From contig OZ251223.1 of the NCBI GenBank assembly GCA_965240325.2, positions 3,906,001-3,970,000 of the forward strand: a stretch of 64,000 nucleotides of DNA, in the 5' to 3' direction. Of this stretch, positions 51,256 through 63,382 are shown one piece after another. Positions within the stretch are counted from its first letter, which is position 1. Each line of letters starts with the position of its first letter. Origin of the DNA: Rebecca billardiae RCC1528. Lineage: Eukaryota; Protista; Haptophyta. The notes under the pieces were generated by a model, which made no database searches, had not been told where the DNA came from, and worked only from the letters and a program-made list of their open reading frames with translations. A program made the position numbers and the translations under genes.

Positions 51256-52122
51256 TCACACCGATGCCCTGCGCCGCCGCATAATTGGCACATACAGCTT
51301 CGAAAGCCCCCGTGCGTACAGCGCATGCTCGGGAGGCTGGACCGGAAACACGCTCACCTCGACAAGCTGGAAGCCCGTGAGCACATCTACGGCTGACAGG
51401 GCGGACGCGTCGCATAGGTAGCCAGTGACACGGCATCCAACGCGCGTCTTCGGCAGCACCCTGCGGAGGAAATCGATCCACCTACCATACATGGGAATGT
51501 CGTGGCCATTCGAGGCCAGGGGGAAGTCGTCAAAGAACACCGCATCGAAATGTCCATCTGGGATGCGCGCGAGCACCTCCTGCCAGGTGCCATCGATCAC
51601 GCGGACAGCGCGACCTTCTCCACCGTGGTGGTTCTGGATGAATGGGGTGGCGAGCTCATCGAGAACTGTTCGATCGCATTCGATGATAGTGTGTGACCGC
51701 GGCCATGCAGCTTGGATAGCAGCAGCGGAGTACCCGAGACCGAAGCCGATCTCCAGCACGTCGTCGCGCTCAGAAAGTGAGAGCGCGCGTACTAGCGCCT
51801 CCATGTACGGCTTCTCCCACCTCATCATCACTTGCTTGGTCCACCCTTCTGTCGGCATTCCCTGCGCGAGCACCAGCTGCTCGCAGCCATCGCTGTCAGT
51901 GACAATTCGGCACCTCGGCGCCGTAAGGTCGACGACGGCCGCCACGGCGCACTGAATGATGCGCAGCAAATCAAGTGAGAGGCTCTCATCGCCACGCCGG
52001 ACGCAGGCTTCAGATGCAGCCAACAGAGCGGAAAGCTCCGCCCGGGAAGCGCTTGGCTGGAGCGTGCCGGGCGCCATGCTGCGGAAAGCGCCGCCGGAAA
52101 ACGAGGGTGGCGCGGGCGTCAT
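51256..52122 (-). CDS. GAMT/RMT2-like SAM-dependent methyltransferase
   Basis: VMMRWEKPYM, VLEIGFGLGYSA, HTIIEC, GTWQEV, FDAVFFDDFP. Confidence 0.9.
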   Translation of the reverse strand: MTPAPPSFSGGAFRSMAPGTLQPSASRAELSALLAASEACVRRGDESLSLDLLRIIQCAVAAVVDLTAPRCRIVTDSDGCEQLVLAQGMPTEGWTKQVMMRWEKPYMEALVRALSLSERDDVLEIGFGLGYSAAAIQAAWPRSHTIIECDRTVLDELATPFIQNHHGGEGRAVRVIDGTWQEVLARIPDGHFDAVFFDDFPLASNGHDIPMYGRWIDFLRRVLPKTRVGCRVTGYLCDASALSAVDVLTGFQLVEVSVFPVQPPEHALYARGLSKLYVPIMRRRRASV

Positions 52123-52253
52123 CAGTCTAACGGTCTATTACTCCTTATTGCGTACATCAATACTGTAACTACTCCTATACTCTTACCCAGTACTAAGCTA
52201 CTGCTATAGCTGATACCGCCGCCGCTATATCATCATCAGTACTCCGAGTCCGA

Positions 52254-55200
52254 CTAGGTTTGGACCAGAAGCGGCAGCCACCGTAGTGCGACCCCTGCCC
52301 ACGTCTCATCGCGCAGCGCCTGCGTCTGCACGCTCTTCCGCGCCGCACACTGCGCGACTGGGTCAGCGAGCAGCTCGGCGACGAGCTGTGCCGCGCGCAC
52401 TTGCGTGTCGCGCGCAGCAGCATCGCCGTCCACCTTCAGGCAGTAGTCCTTGGCTGCGTCTCCAAATACGCCCACAGTTGAAGTGACCGGCACGCATCCG
52501 ACTGCGGCGGATTCGCGGACTGAGATGCAGTCCACCTCGGGCCAGTCGCCGACGTAGTAGTGCACGGCCGCGCGCGCCTTTGCAGTGAGGAGATCGCGCT
52601 GGCCCACGCGCCCATGCACGACGACGCGAGTCGACGCGCGCAGCAGAGCGTCCAGGCGGGCGCGGTACGCGTCCGCGCCCGGCTTGAGTGCCCGATGGGC
52701 TTGCCAGCCGTAGTACACGTGCAGCTCGGCAGTGGGCACGGCGGCGCACACGATCGGCCAACCGTGCACGAGCATGTGCTCGAGGCCACGGTCGTACGCC
52801 GACGCGTAGATCGCGATGGGCGGGCGCGCCGCGTCGACCGAGCCCTCTGGCGACTCAGGTGACACGCCGGTCGCACCGAGCTCCTGGCGAGGAGGCGCCA
52901 GCTCAGGATCGTAGCCGTTGGGGATGACAGCGACGTGGGCGAGAGAGCGCACCCGCCTCGGCAACGCCGAGCGGTGGAAATGGGAGCGCGTCACTACGGC
53001 GGCGCCCGACGGCACATGGAACGCGCACGTGGTGTCCGGCTCCGCGCGAGCAGCAGCGCGAGCTTGCGGACCGACGTGGCCGCCATGCTCGGACGCGCGG
53101 CCATCAGAGCCGGTGGCGCCGCCGGACGTGTTGCCCTCGGCGCCGCCGAGCGCGCGGAGCCGGGCGTCGGTGAGCTGCTCCGGCAGTGGCATGTCGTGAA
53201 GGTCCAGGAGGATCCGGCGCGCGCGCAGCGGCAGCTCGAGCAGCTCGGCGGAGCGCCAGGCGATCAGGCAGTCAAACTCATCGGCCAGGTTGAAGTGCGA
53301 TGCGTCCACCACGGTCACGCCGCGCCACGGCGCGCCCGCGGGGCCGGCGGCACACGCGGGCTCGCCCGGGGCCGCGCGGAGGTAGAGCACCACCGTGACG
53401 CCCGCCGCCGCCCACGCGGCGCATAGCTGCAGAGCGGCCGTCTCCGCCCCGCCAAGCCCACTCTCTAGCCGGCCCGGGCCCCATGGCTCTGGTGGCTGCC
53501 CCGTGTAGTAGGCGACACTCGGCCGCGGCCAGCGCCGGGCGCGGCTCGGGTCGCCGTGCGGGTGCGTGAAGTGCCGCGCCTCTGTGCGCACGAGCGCGCG
53601 CAGCAGCCTGCTCGAGGCCGATGCGCTGGCGCACAGCGGCATGCCTGAGCGCGGCTGCGCCGATCCGTCGCCCCGGGCCGCAGCGCTCGCTGCCGCCAGC
53701 CTCGGGAGCAGCCGTGCGCGCACAGCGGCAGAGGCGGCGGGCGAGACCTCGCAGATGGCCGCGAGGGCGCATGCGCTGCGCTCGGCGAGAGCACGCGCTT
53801 CGTCGGCTGCACTATGGGTGTGCGCGCACGCGGCGTCGAGCGCGGCTTCGAGAGCGCTCGACAGCGCCGTGACGTGCCCACGCAACCGCAGGGCCTCGCG
53901 CAGCCGCCAGTCGCTCGTAAGGCACGCATTGCGCAGAGCGCCTGCAGCGGCGGCCCGCACTCGGCCGTCCGGGTGGCTGAGGGCCTCCGCCAGCGGCGCG
54001 CCCAACCGCGGCGGGACCGACGGCTCGCCGGCGGGCGGTGTGCCAGGGGATGAGCCGTCAGAGTCGGCCTCGAGCTCTGCCTCAAGCTCAGCGCGTAGGA
54101 AGTGCTGGCCCTCCTCGGTGCGCAGCACGGCCTGCATCGCCTTGGTGCATGACAGCAGTGCTGCAGTGGCCGGCGCACCGCGGCCGGGCGTGTGCGTCGC
54201 GCCACTCCCTTGCGCGCGGCACAAGGCGCACATAGCCGCCATCGCCGCGCGCAGGCTCTGCACGCCACCAGACTGCGCCACCGCCCTCTTGGCACCGTCG
54301 TGCTCGAAGCACAGCTCCACCAGGATGGCTGCAGATGCCTCGACCACCCGCAGAAGCGCGTCGATCGTGCCCGGGACAGCCACAGCCACCGAGGTGGCCG
54401 GGCCGTCGTCGGTGCGCGCCACTGCATCTGGCGCACGCCCGGGCGCACCGCTAGCCGTCGGTGCTGCTGCAGCAGTCGCCGCGTCCGCAAGCCAGGCCAG
54501 GGCTGCCACGTGCACGCCGACCTCTGCGCCGATCAGTCGGTCAATGAGTGCACGCCGCGCAAGCTGCTCGCCTGGTACCGCGTCTCCAAGCCCTGCGAGA
54601 GTGCGCAGGACAGCATGGGCCTCGCGCAGGGCCGCGGCCGCCTGCGAGCGCGTCAGTGCTTGGCCGGGGGCAAGGAGCGCACGTACGCGCACGTACGCAT
54701 CTTCAGCCCGCGGCATGCCCGTCGGCGCGACAGTGGGCTGCGCGTGGTGAGGCGGCTGCGCGACGGCCGCTGGCAGCGCACGCGCGAGCGTCGAATGGAG
54801 CCGATGGAGCGCAGTGGCCTGCTCCAGCCTCGCCTCTGCGGCTGCGCGGAGCTCGGGATCGAGGCTGTCGCCGGTCTGTTTCGGGGCAGCGCGCTCCGGT
54901 GCTGGCCGACGTGACTGCGGCACGCGCCGCGCCACGTGCGCCGCGTACAGGTCGGCGTCGGCGCGCGGCAGCCATGCAGGAGGCGTGAGCGACGGCCGCA
55001 CGGCGGACACGTCCATCGCCGCCCACTCGTGCGCAAAGCCGCGCTGCCGCACCGTCATGAACGTTGGGCCGTCCACACGCGCGCCTGCCGGGCTCTGAGC
55101 ACCGATGGTCTCACGCACGCGCGCGGTCATCGCGCGGTCGAGAAGCACGTGCCGGTATTGCCGCGGTCGCAGGTGCTGTGGCAGCGGCGTCTGCGACGTG

Positions 55201-55778
55201 AGGACACTCAGCATGTCCACGTCCTCGCACGGCGTGTCGGGAAACCCGAGCGAGCTCGACTCTGCGAGGAGGCTGCGGCGGAGCATCACCGTGCCCGGAT
55301 TGCCCAGGTGGCGCGAGAACACCCCACTCCCCGCGTCGTCCAGAGTCCGGTATCGCACCACCTGCTCGCACACGTCGAGCTCGCACACGCAGCCCACCTG
55401 GACGGAGCACACATCAGCGTGCTCTGATCGCAGCGCTTCGAGCTGACACCACAGCGAGTCGTTGGAGCGCCAGTCGTCGTCGTCGCAAAACACCAGCAGC
55501 TCACCACGTGCTAGCTCGAGAGCAGCGTTGCGCTTGAGACGCATGCCGCGGGGCCCGGCGTCGGGCACGCTCAGGTATCGGACGCGCGTATCGCACAAAA
55601 ACTCGCTGATGTTGTCACGCACGGAGCCAGGCCCATCTAGAACAAGCACCTCGAGGCGCCATGAACGCGGCAGCTGCTGTGCAAGAGTGCTTCGAAGAGT
55701 CCGATGCAGCAGCGGCAGCCGCTCCTCTCGCTCGCACGTCATGACCACGGCGGAAACCAGCCCGCCGCCATCAATCAT
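52254..55778 (-). CDS. Multi-domain glycosyltransferase: GT2 (GT-A) + ARM-like repeats + GT4-like (GT-B)
   Basis: VSAVVMT, KRNAALELARGELLVFCDDDD; helical Ala/Leu-rich middle (AAGALRN); GLGGAE, VIPNG, YASAYDRGL, EVDCISVRESAAVGCVPV. Confidence 0.85.
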   Translation of the reverse strand: MIDGGGLVSAVVMTCEREERLPLLHRTLRSTLAQQLPRSWRLEVLVLDGPGSVRDNISEFLCDTRVRYLSVPDAGPRGMRLKRNAALELARGELLVFCDDDDWRSNDSLWCQLEALRSEHADVCSVQVGCVCELDVCEQVVRYRTLDDAGSGVFSRHLGNPGTVMLRRSLLAESSSLGFPDTPCEDVDMLSVLTSQTPLPQHLRPRQYRHVLLDRAMTARVRETIGAQSPAGARVDGPTFMTVRQRGFAHEWAAMDVSAVRPSLTPPAWLPRADADLYAAHVARRVPQSRRPAPERAAPKQTGDSLDPELRAAAEARLEQATALHRLHSTLARALPAAVAQPPHHAQPTVAPTGMPRAEDAYVRVRALLAPGQALTRSQAAAALREAHAVLRTLAGLGDAVPGEQLARRALIDRLIGAEVGVHVAALAWLADAATAAAAPTASGAPGRAPDAVARTDDGPATSVAVAVPGTIDALLRVVEASAAILVELCFEHDGAKRAVAQSGGVQSLRAAMAAMCALCRAQGSGATHTPGRGAPATAALLSCTKAMQAVLRTEEGQHFLRAELEAELEADSDGSSPGTPPAGEPSVPPRLGAPLAEALSHPDGRVRAAAAGALRNACLTSDWRLREALRLRGHVTALSSALEAALDAACAHTHSAADEARALAERSACALAAICEVSPAASAAVRARLLPRLAAASAAARGDGSAQPRSGMPLCASASASSRLLRALVRTEARHFTHPHGDPSRARRWPRPSVAYYTGQPPEPWGPGRLESGLGGAETAALQLCAAWAAAGVTVVLYLRAAPGEPACAAGPAGAPWRGVTVVDASHFNLADEFDCLIAWRSAELLELPLRARRILLDLHDMPLPEQLTDARLRALGGAEGNTSGGATGSDGRASEHGGHVGPQARAAARAEPDTTCAFHVPSGAAVVTRSHFHRSALPRRVRSLAHVAVIPNGYDPELAPPRQELGATGVSPESPEGSVDAARPPIAIYASAYDRGLEHMLVHGWPIVCAAVPTAELHVYYGWQAHRALKPGADAYRARLDALLRASTRVVVHGRVGQRDLLTAKARAAVHYYVGDWPEVDCISVRESAAVGCVPVTSTVGVFGDAAKDYCLKVDGDAAARDTQVRAAQLVAELLADPVAQCAARKSVQTQALRDETWAGVALRWLPLLVQT

Positions 55779-56721
55779 GACCCGCCTGCTGTACGACGTG
55801 CGCGGCCGCTTCGGAGGCCGGAGGCATCACGACATGGGCGCCATCGTTGCCGACTCGTCGGGCGGGGGCACAAGGGTTGCTCAGTGCTTAAACTCAATGT
55901 CAATTCGGCGCAACCCAACGTTCAAGTCATTGAATCCAACGATGCACAAGCTACCTAGGCTGTCCGTCTCTACACTACTGTTTCTTAGAGTCGGACAGAG
56001 CCAGCAGACCAGGCGGGGCGGACAGGCTACAAACTGCCAGTACAGTTTACTATGTTTTATACTATGTTTTAACGTGCACACTTGGTTAAGGCGTGATTGA
56101 CGCCATCCAACACTGCACAAAGACACCGCCACAAAACAGACCGGCGCACGGGCAGGTGAGGGGCGCGTTGCAGCACCTCATCGAGGCGGCCATTGCAGCA
56201 AGCGGCCGCCCCGCGCTCGGAGGCACGCGCTCGAGAGCGCGCTCTGACACCACACAGGGAGGGTGCTGCACCTGGATGTCGTATCCCAGCCACCTCGAGA
56301 GTGCAGCCCCGCCAAACACCTGCCTGCAGCTTACCTCGATTAAGACACCGCAAATCGGACGGGCACAATTAGGTGAGAGGTGCGTATTGCCGGACAGTCT
56401 CATCGAGGCGGCCCGGTTGCGGCAAGAATGACCGCCCCGAGCTCGGAGGCACGCCCTCCGGAAAGTGCGCCCTGCACCACACAGGTGAACTGCTGCACCT
56501 GGTATGATAATAAAAAAAATAGAATCAGCCATCACTGATCACCTTGAGTCCTTGAGCTCTAGACGGAGCTGCTGGCAGCACGGCAGCGCCACCTGCTGTC
56601 ACCCGACCTGCCTGCGCTGTGCACAGTGATGCGCTGTAATGATGAAGCAGTGTTATTCGTCCGCGGATTCGTGATGTAAATAGCGACGAGATAGGATATG
56701 AATAATAAGTTTTGAAGTATA

Positions 56722-58913
56722 TGACCGCGTTCCGCGGTCCTTTTCCGTAGAACGAACGTAGTTCGGGGCCCGCGGTGGCGGTGCACCCTCCGTCGCGCAG
56801 TCGTCTAACTCTATTCAATTTCACTATTGTCCGATTCGGACAGACCTGAGGCTGAGAGTGAGACCAGTAATGGCACGGTTGGCATGCCCGTACAACTACT
56901 GATGTAACGATTTTTTTCCGGCGGCGCTACCATCGGCGACGGCTTCATGGGCGGTGACAGCTGGCGGGCGTCAATCTCGCCTGCCTGAGCTGTGTGCGTC
57001 TCTTATTCTTAGTAAACTGTAGCAGTAGACTCCAGCGGCGCGCCGCCGCCTCGGCCGCGCCGGGCCGCCGGGGCGCCCGGGGCCGGGCGGGCCCAGTCGC
57101 AGCCGCCGCCGCGGCGCCGATATTGTGTACAGGCGGATGCGACGAGGCGTGATCGACGCATGAGCGCGACTCCACGTGCACGCCAGGCCACGCGGAGCAG
57201 ACAGCCAGGGAGCACGGTGCGGGGCCGCGGATTCGTTCGGGCCGCTGCGCCTGCTGCTGACCGCGCTGTCCCGTCACCGCGCGCCGGCAGCGGCCACGGG
57301 ATAGATGATTTGCACTGGTCCGAGTAGGGTTCGACCAGCGCCTGCGCGACGGCCGACAGGCGGGCGCGAGGCGTGATCGACGCATGAGCGCAACTCTACG
57401 TGCACGCCAGGCCACGCGGAGCTGACAGCCAGGGAGCACGGTGCCGCGGTGCGAGGCGAGGCCGCGGATTCGAGCCGAGCAGCCACAGCACCGGTGCCTT
57501 CGCGCGCGCCGCGCGTGGACCGGGTGACACACCTCGGTCAGGCTCGGCACGCGTCGCAGAGGCACGGCCAGCTCTGGGAGCGTCGCGCACCACCGTCGCC
57601 CGCGCTGCTCGTCCTCCTATGTCCGTCCGTCCAGCGCTAGACAGACTTGCCGGCTGGCGGGCTGATGACCCAGCCATTTCAACTTTCATGCAAGCATGCC
57701 GCTCTGCGCATCGATGGGACACGCGTGCGGAGGCGCGTGGCGGCGCACTCGAGGTGAGCAGGGCGCGAGGGGAAGACTGACGTCCGCGGGACCCCGCCAC
57801 CACTGCCCGCTGCCCAGGCGCCGTGTGTCACGGCAGCGTACAGACAGTACCGTCGCCTGCTCGGTTAGTCCGTCTTCCGTGGGAGACCCCGGGAAGGCAT
57901 GACGAGGGGGGCGCGTGGTGAAGTCGGAGACTCAGATGTCGATCAGTCCGCCATCAGGCGCCGCTGCCCCCGTGCTTGCGAGAGCCCGAAAGGGCGGCTC
58001 GGGCCTGCCGCGGCCGGTCGCGGGCGGCACGCGCGGTGCACGATTCCGCGCGCAGGCATCGATGATCGATCGATAGGGCGGCGGGGGCGCGCGGGGTTCA
58101 GAGTGAGCGGGGCACGAACGCGATGTCGACGGCCGTCGGGGCCCACCACAGCCGCGCGCTCCAGACGCCACTCGCCGCGCGCACCTCGTGAGACGTGCTC
58201 GGCATCATGTCCACGTGAGCGGCAAAAAAGTGGCCTCGAGCCTGCTCAGGCCTGCTCTTAAAGTGCGCACAACTGGCTCGCCAGAGGGCAAAACATTATA
58301 ATGTATGAAAACGAAGCGGTGCAAATGATGTTCTCCAGTATAGTGGATACGACCCCGACGAAGCGATTTTATGCCTGCGTGAACCATACATATGAATACG
58401 AAGCGCGGTGCATTATAATGTATGAAAACGAAGCGGTGCAAATGATGTTCTCCAGTATAGTGGATACGACCCCGACGAAGCGATTTTATGCCTGCGTGAA
58501 CCATACATATGAATACGAAGCGCGGTGCAAATGTTCTCCAGTAGTGAATACGACCCCGACGAAGCCAATATATATCGGTTGGTTACTTCGCTGATCCCGT
58601 AAGGACGTGCAAAAATAGCCTCAAAGAAGCTGACGCTTGTATTGGACTTGTAACCGTCCTACTTCACACAGAAGTGAACTCTCAACTCTCACGCCCGGCC
58701 GTCCACGATTGATTATAGGGGAATGTCGTGGACGCGGTTTTTTTCTCCGTGATGCATCTGTAGAGAGGGTCTCAAAATTCGAAACTCGGTCTCCGCCAGC
58801 CCTAAAAATCGGCCCCCGCGTCCCTTTTTCTTGATCAAAGATCTTTTTGAAACGTGGTTCCGGCCCGCTGGTGCGGGCTCCACGCTGCGCGCTCCGCCCT
58901 GCACCGCGGGCCA
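56722..58913 (-). mobile_element. Family H1 copy E (Helitron2/Helentron-like)
   Basis: Hairpin 56723-56739; GGCCCGCGGTG 56767-56777; 5' end CACCGCGGGCCA 58902-58913. The interior is partly homologous to copy D. Confidence 0.8.
58294..58565 (+). repeat. 117-bp tandem repeat (~2.3 copies) inside H1 copy E
   Basis: Units start at 58294 and 58411; partial third unit. Confidence 0.9.
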
Positions 58914-59130
58914 TTACGCCGTCGTCATCGATCTGACGGAATCGCCCGCAGCCTACGCACTCGGGAGTCAGCAGCACCTCATCAGCATCACTCATTGTCT
59001 CATATCCGAGTACGATCTCATTCTCAGGAGTCAGGGTCCATCGCGTCATCGAGTGACACTACAGTAGGAGACTGAGTGCAGCTCAGCACGTATGACATAC
59101 GTCGGCCACGGTCACTACAGTCAGCTACGG

Positions 59131-61435
59131 TTAGGCGCGCTGAGTGCAGGACGACCCAGCAGCAGTGCGCTTCGCCGGAAGCCCGAAGCTTCTGTGCAGC
59201 TCCTCTGGGCCGCGCAGTCGCTGCGTGCCATTGTACAGCCCATGGCACGTGAACGCATTGCCCTCGATAATTGAGCTCTCGTCGCTCGAGATGGCTGCCT
59301 TGGCCACTTTCATCAGTGATTCAGGTATGACTCGAGTGATGTTGGGAATCAGCGTGAGCACCTTGGAAGTGGACAAGAACGGCCCACACATGTTCATCAT
59401 GCGCTGCTTGGGGTACTGCGATGCAGGGCGGGGGACAAGGGCAGGCGGTGGTTGATGGTTAGTTCGGGCAGAGTTGCTGTGGTGAGGAGCGCTGGGCGGC
59501 TGCTGCGCGCATGGGCGCGCGCGCACATAGAACACAAAATCGATGCACATCTCTGCCTCCGACTTGAAGCCAAACGCCAGCCTCTTCTCGTGTGCCACTT
59601 TCTCTGGCACGCGAAACGTGCAGTCCACCGTCCACCAGTCGCCGCGCTCGATCGTCGAGCCAGCTCCCACCGAACGGGCCTCCGGCGCAGAAGACGCCCC
59701 AAAGTCGAAGTACTCCATGCTGTCCGAGCGCTTCACGCGGCCAGACGCGTCGTACTGCGTCGTGATCATGTGTGAGCCATAGGCGTGCATGTGCAGCCCC
59801 CGGCGGAAGATGGTGAGGCTCGGCACCTTCACCTTGTCCATCGTGCACCTCGACGGGCAAACGTACGTGAAGCGGTTCATGCCGGCCCCTACCGGTAGCC
59901 CAGCTGAGGCCACTGCAGGGTCTCCCAGCTGGAGCACTCCTACGTCGTACTTGCGCAGCTTGGTCGTGATGTACAGGTCGACGCCTGAAGAGTCGTACAC
60001 CAGCTCGCCGGGCGCAATCTCGTAGTGGAACTGGGGCCATGGTCACGCGGCGCACGGCGCGCAGGTGGTCGGTCAGTTGTAAGCAGGGGCTCAGCATGGG
60101 CAGGGCGCTCGCTAGCTGCACTTGCGCGTGGCCATGTCGCACCTGCAGCGTGAATGAGCGGTAGTTTCCCTCTCCAACCCGAATGCCCGCCTCGGCCGGC
60201 GTGATCAGCGGCCCGACACCCTTCGTCCAGAACCATAGGTCGTCCGCGTAGTACTCGCTCACCATCTTGATGCACGGCACCTCCGAGCCCTTGAAGCCAA
60301 AGTGATGGATGACGCGCACGTTCTCGGCAGGCCTGATGTGCGCATCAATCGCCACGATGTGGAAGGCCTGGTTCTTGAGAAGCGCCGGCACAGACTTGGC
60401 GTCGAAGCACACATTGGTGTACATGCCTGCCGTGTCCTCCGTCATCCGCTGGATGGGCTTGTTCTGGCTCGCGAGGGTGACCACCTGCACGGTCGGGTCC
60501 GCCTTGAGATTGACGAGTGGATCGTACACGCACGTGCGCGCGTGAAAGCGCAGCTGGGAAACGATGAGTGCGTCGTTGTGATCGTGCTGCCCCGGTGGCG
60601 CCTGCGCGTGCTTGGCGGAGTACGTGCCGACTCCCGCCATCATCACGACCTTGGTCGGCAGCCACGGCATCTCACCATCGACCTCAAAGTCGCGGTCCTG
60701 CGTGCGGTCGTCAGAGCGTTCGGCGCGGCTGAACCTGACAGTGGCTCGCAAGCCTCCGTCTGCCGTCGGCTCAGCCTGTGCTCGGACAAGGTGCCAATCC
60801 GAGCATGTATCAGGGATGAGGTGCGGCGTCTCGCGCGTGTGTGCGTCCATCAATACCCCGGTGGACGACTGGTAGTACGCAATGTCAGCGCCCAGCATCC
60901 GGCCCGCCTCGCCGAGCCCGAAGAGGGCCCACCATCCCTTGCTCTTCGCCACGACCGCAGCTTTGGCGTCGAAGTGGGCGACGAGCAGCAGGCCGACCTT
61001 GCGCTTGCCGCACGCCGTGCGCTCAGGCAGCGGCGGCGGGCGGCCCGTCGGGCGCGGTGGGACGCTCACCTTGCTGCTCGACCGACTGCGGGTGCTGGCG
61101 CCGCCCTCGCGTGGCTTGGAGGCCCAGCGCAGACGTGCGCGAGCGAGAGGTCCTTTCCGCGCGAGTGGCGTGGATGTGGCGTCCGGTGCGTTCTCCGTCG
61201 ATTGCAGCGCTCGCCCAAACGGCGCGTTGCCTTGCACATCTGCAGTGCGCACCTGAGCCTCGCGCTCGAAGTCGCACTGCGCCCGAGCGTCAAAGGCCCA
61301 GTGCAGCTCGATGCTGGGCTCGTGGGTGCGCGTGAAGACGGCCTGGCAGGTGTAGCCGGGCACGTTCGACGGGCCCAGCGAGTCGGGCGCGGAATGTCCG
61401 AGCAGCAGTGCGACAAGCGGGATGTTGGGCACCAT
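59131..61435 (-). CDS. DOMON + copper type II ascorbate-dependent monooxygenase (DBH/MOXD1-like)
   Basis: Signal peptide; DOMON GWWALFG..GRMLGADI; Cu ligands IHHF, FHY, LHMH, EAEMC. Introns near 61252-61000, 60142-60031 and 59526-59416 (boundaries approximate). Confidence 0.9.
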
Positions 61436-61859
61436 CGTACCCCCCGCGGCGGGCCTGGGCGCAAATCGAGAGACCCGCTGCTGAGACTCTGGTCCGAGAG
61501 GCAGGCGCACCCGCAGAGCTTAAAGTACTTACAGAGTACAGTGTAGCTCCCGCGCACCAGGGCCGTGTCCCGCGGCTCGCCAGCGTCGTTGCATGCGGCG
61601 TCTCAACATCTCCGCGCCTATCAATGTATCATCCGCCTACAGTGAGTACAATAGTCTGGCTGCCCAGGCGCCACTGGACAGCTGCGGCACTGCGCAGTGC
61701 GGCGCACCCTCCCTTGGCGGCGGCGGCGCGGTGAGAGGGGAAGAGAAAAATCATCACGCAAATAAAATAGCTTGCTGGACTTCCGGCGGGCGGACAACCT
61801 TCCTCCGCCTTCCCGCTTCGGCTTGGTCAGCCTCCGTCCGCCATCCTGTCGTTGTGAAG

Positions 61860-62495
61860 ATGTCGCATCACGGGCCGTTCAGGTGCGAGTGCGGAGAGCT
61901 GCACGACGAGTACGACGAGTCCAATGACCTATTCCAGTTCGTGGACAATCAGGCCATATCCTGCCTCAACGAGGCGCAGCCCGGCTCGTGCAAGGGCGTT
62001 GTGCGGCCATACAGCCAACGGCTAGACACTTCTCGCGGCGACCTCTGCAGCGATGACGATGACCCCGAGCTGATGCTACACATACCATTCACGGTCGCCG
62101 TGAAGCTGAGCTCGTTCGTCGTGCTCGGAGGCGATGGTGGATCGGCTCCCGCACACGTCCGCGCCTTCATCAACCGCGACGGCCTTGACTTCTCTGACGC
62201 GGCCAATGCTGCACCGGTTCAGGAATGGGATCTGGCCGAGGACTTGCTTGGTGCGCTCGAATATCCAACCCAGCGCTCCAAGTTTCAGAATGTGAGCTCT
62301 CTCACATTGCACTTCACGGAAAATCATGGCGGTACAGCGGACGAGATGGCGACACGCGTCAGGTACGTCGGTCTGAAGGGGATTGGCACGCAGAATCGAC
62401 GCGGGATCGTGGATGCTCTTTACGAGGTGCGGCCTGTCCCCAAGTCGAATGCATTGGGCAACGAGACGGCCAACTCTATGCAGCCTGGTATGTAG
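61860..62495 (+). CDS. PITHD1: PITH domain-containing protein 1
   Basis: CLNEAQPGS, SDDDDPELMLHIPFTVAVKL, FINRDGLDF, KFQNVSSLTLHF, YVGLKG. Confidence 0.93.
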   Translation: MSHHGPFRCECGELHDEYDESNDLFQFVDNQAISCLNEAQPGSCKGVVRPYSQRLDTSRGDLCSDDDDPELMLHIPFTVAVKLSSFVVLGGDGGSAPAHVRAFINRDGLDFSDAANAAPVQEWDLAEDLLGALEYPTQRSKFQNVSSLTLHFTENHGGTADEMATRVRYVGLKGIGTQNRRGIVDALYEVRPVPKSNALGNETANSMQPGM

Positions 62496-63382
62496 CTCCC
62501 GAGCACCTTACATTCGGTCATGTCGGAGTAAATAACGTGGTTTCTGTCATCCCTGGCTCCCCGCACTCAGTCTCAGAATCGGGCGCGCGGACGGCGGAGC
62601 CGTCGCGGAGTGAGAGTCTGAGTCGGCGGCGTCACGCCTCACTCCTCAGGCTCACGGCCACGGGTCTGGGGTCACGGGACACGCGCCGTCGCCAGTCAAC
62701 CGCTCGACAGTCCGCAGTCGACGTGGGCGGCGGGGCCCCGGCCCATCGGATTATCCGCCAGGCGGAAGCCGGCCTGAAGTGAGTCGCGGGTCCCGCGGGC
62801 CGGCGTGTCCGCAGCAGCGGAGACCGAGAAGTATTAATGCTGCGCCGCACTGAGTTATTATCAATAGACAATATTATTAGACAAAACTATTATAATAGAT
62901 CGACGACAGTTAATCGGCGGCCCGGCTTAATGGCTTATTGTTATTATTTAAAAATAATAATTATTATAGATATCAGCAGTACCGGGACTCGTCTTAGCAT
63001 CTGTGAGTATTGGGCCGACTACTAGTAACGGAGTCGGAATTACTCACCGGTGGATTTTCGCCCGCGGACTGAGACTCCGGCGTTCCGAATTATTATATTT
63101 GTGCTGATGAATTACTGTAGTAAATCTGCTGCTTAAATAATAGTAGCCTATTGGAACAAGTGTCAAGTAGCTCTCGGACAGTCTGAATGCGATTATTATT
63201 ATAATAGCGCTGAACCAGTTATTATAATAAATAAATATATATGATTAGCTTACTGTAATGTATCATATCATCGGATACAGTCATCAGCTAGCAGAGTAGT
63301 CCGTGAGACTATCTGCTTGGATTCGGATGGCCAGCAGCAGACGTAGCCTGACTTAGCATCACTGCGCGTGATGCTGATCGAC

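Noticed and set aside
18502-55778. Glycan biosynthesis gene cluster (GT90, GT8, sulfotransferase, GT2-GT4)
   Set aside because: The genes are dispersed over 37 kb among unrelated genes, and these families are commonly large in algae. There is no evidence of functional clustering.
58301-58594. 39-aa repeat ORF
   Set aside because: By-product of the 117-bp tandem repeat inside H1-E.
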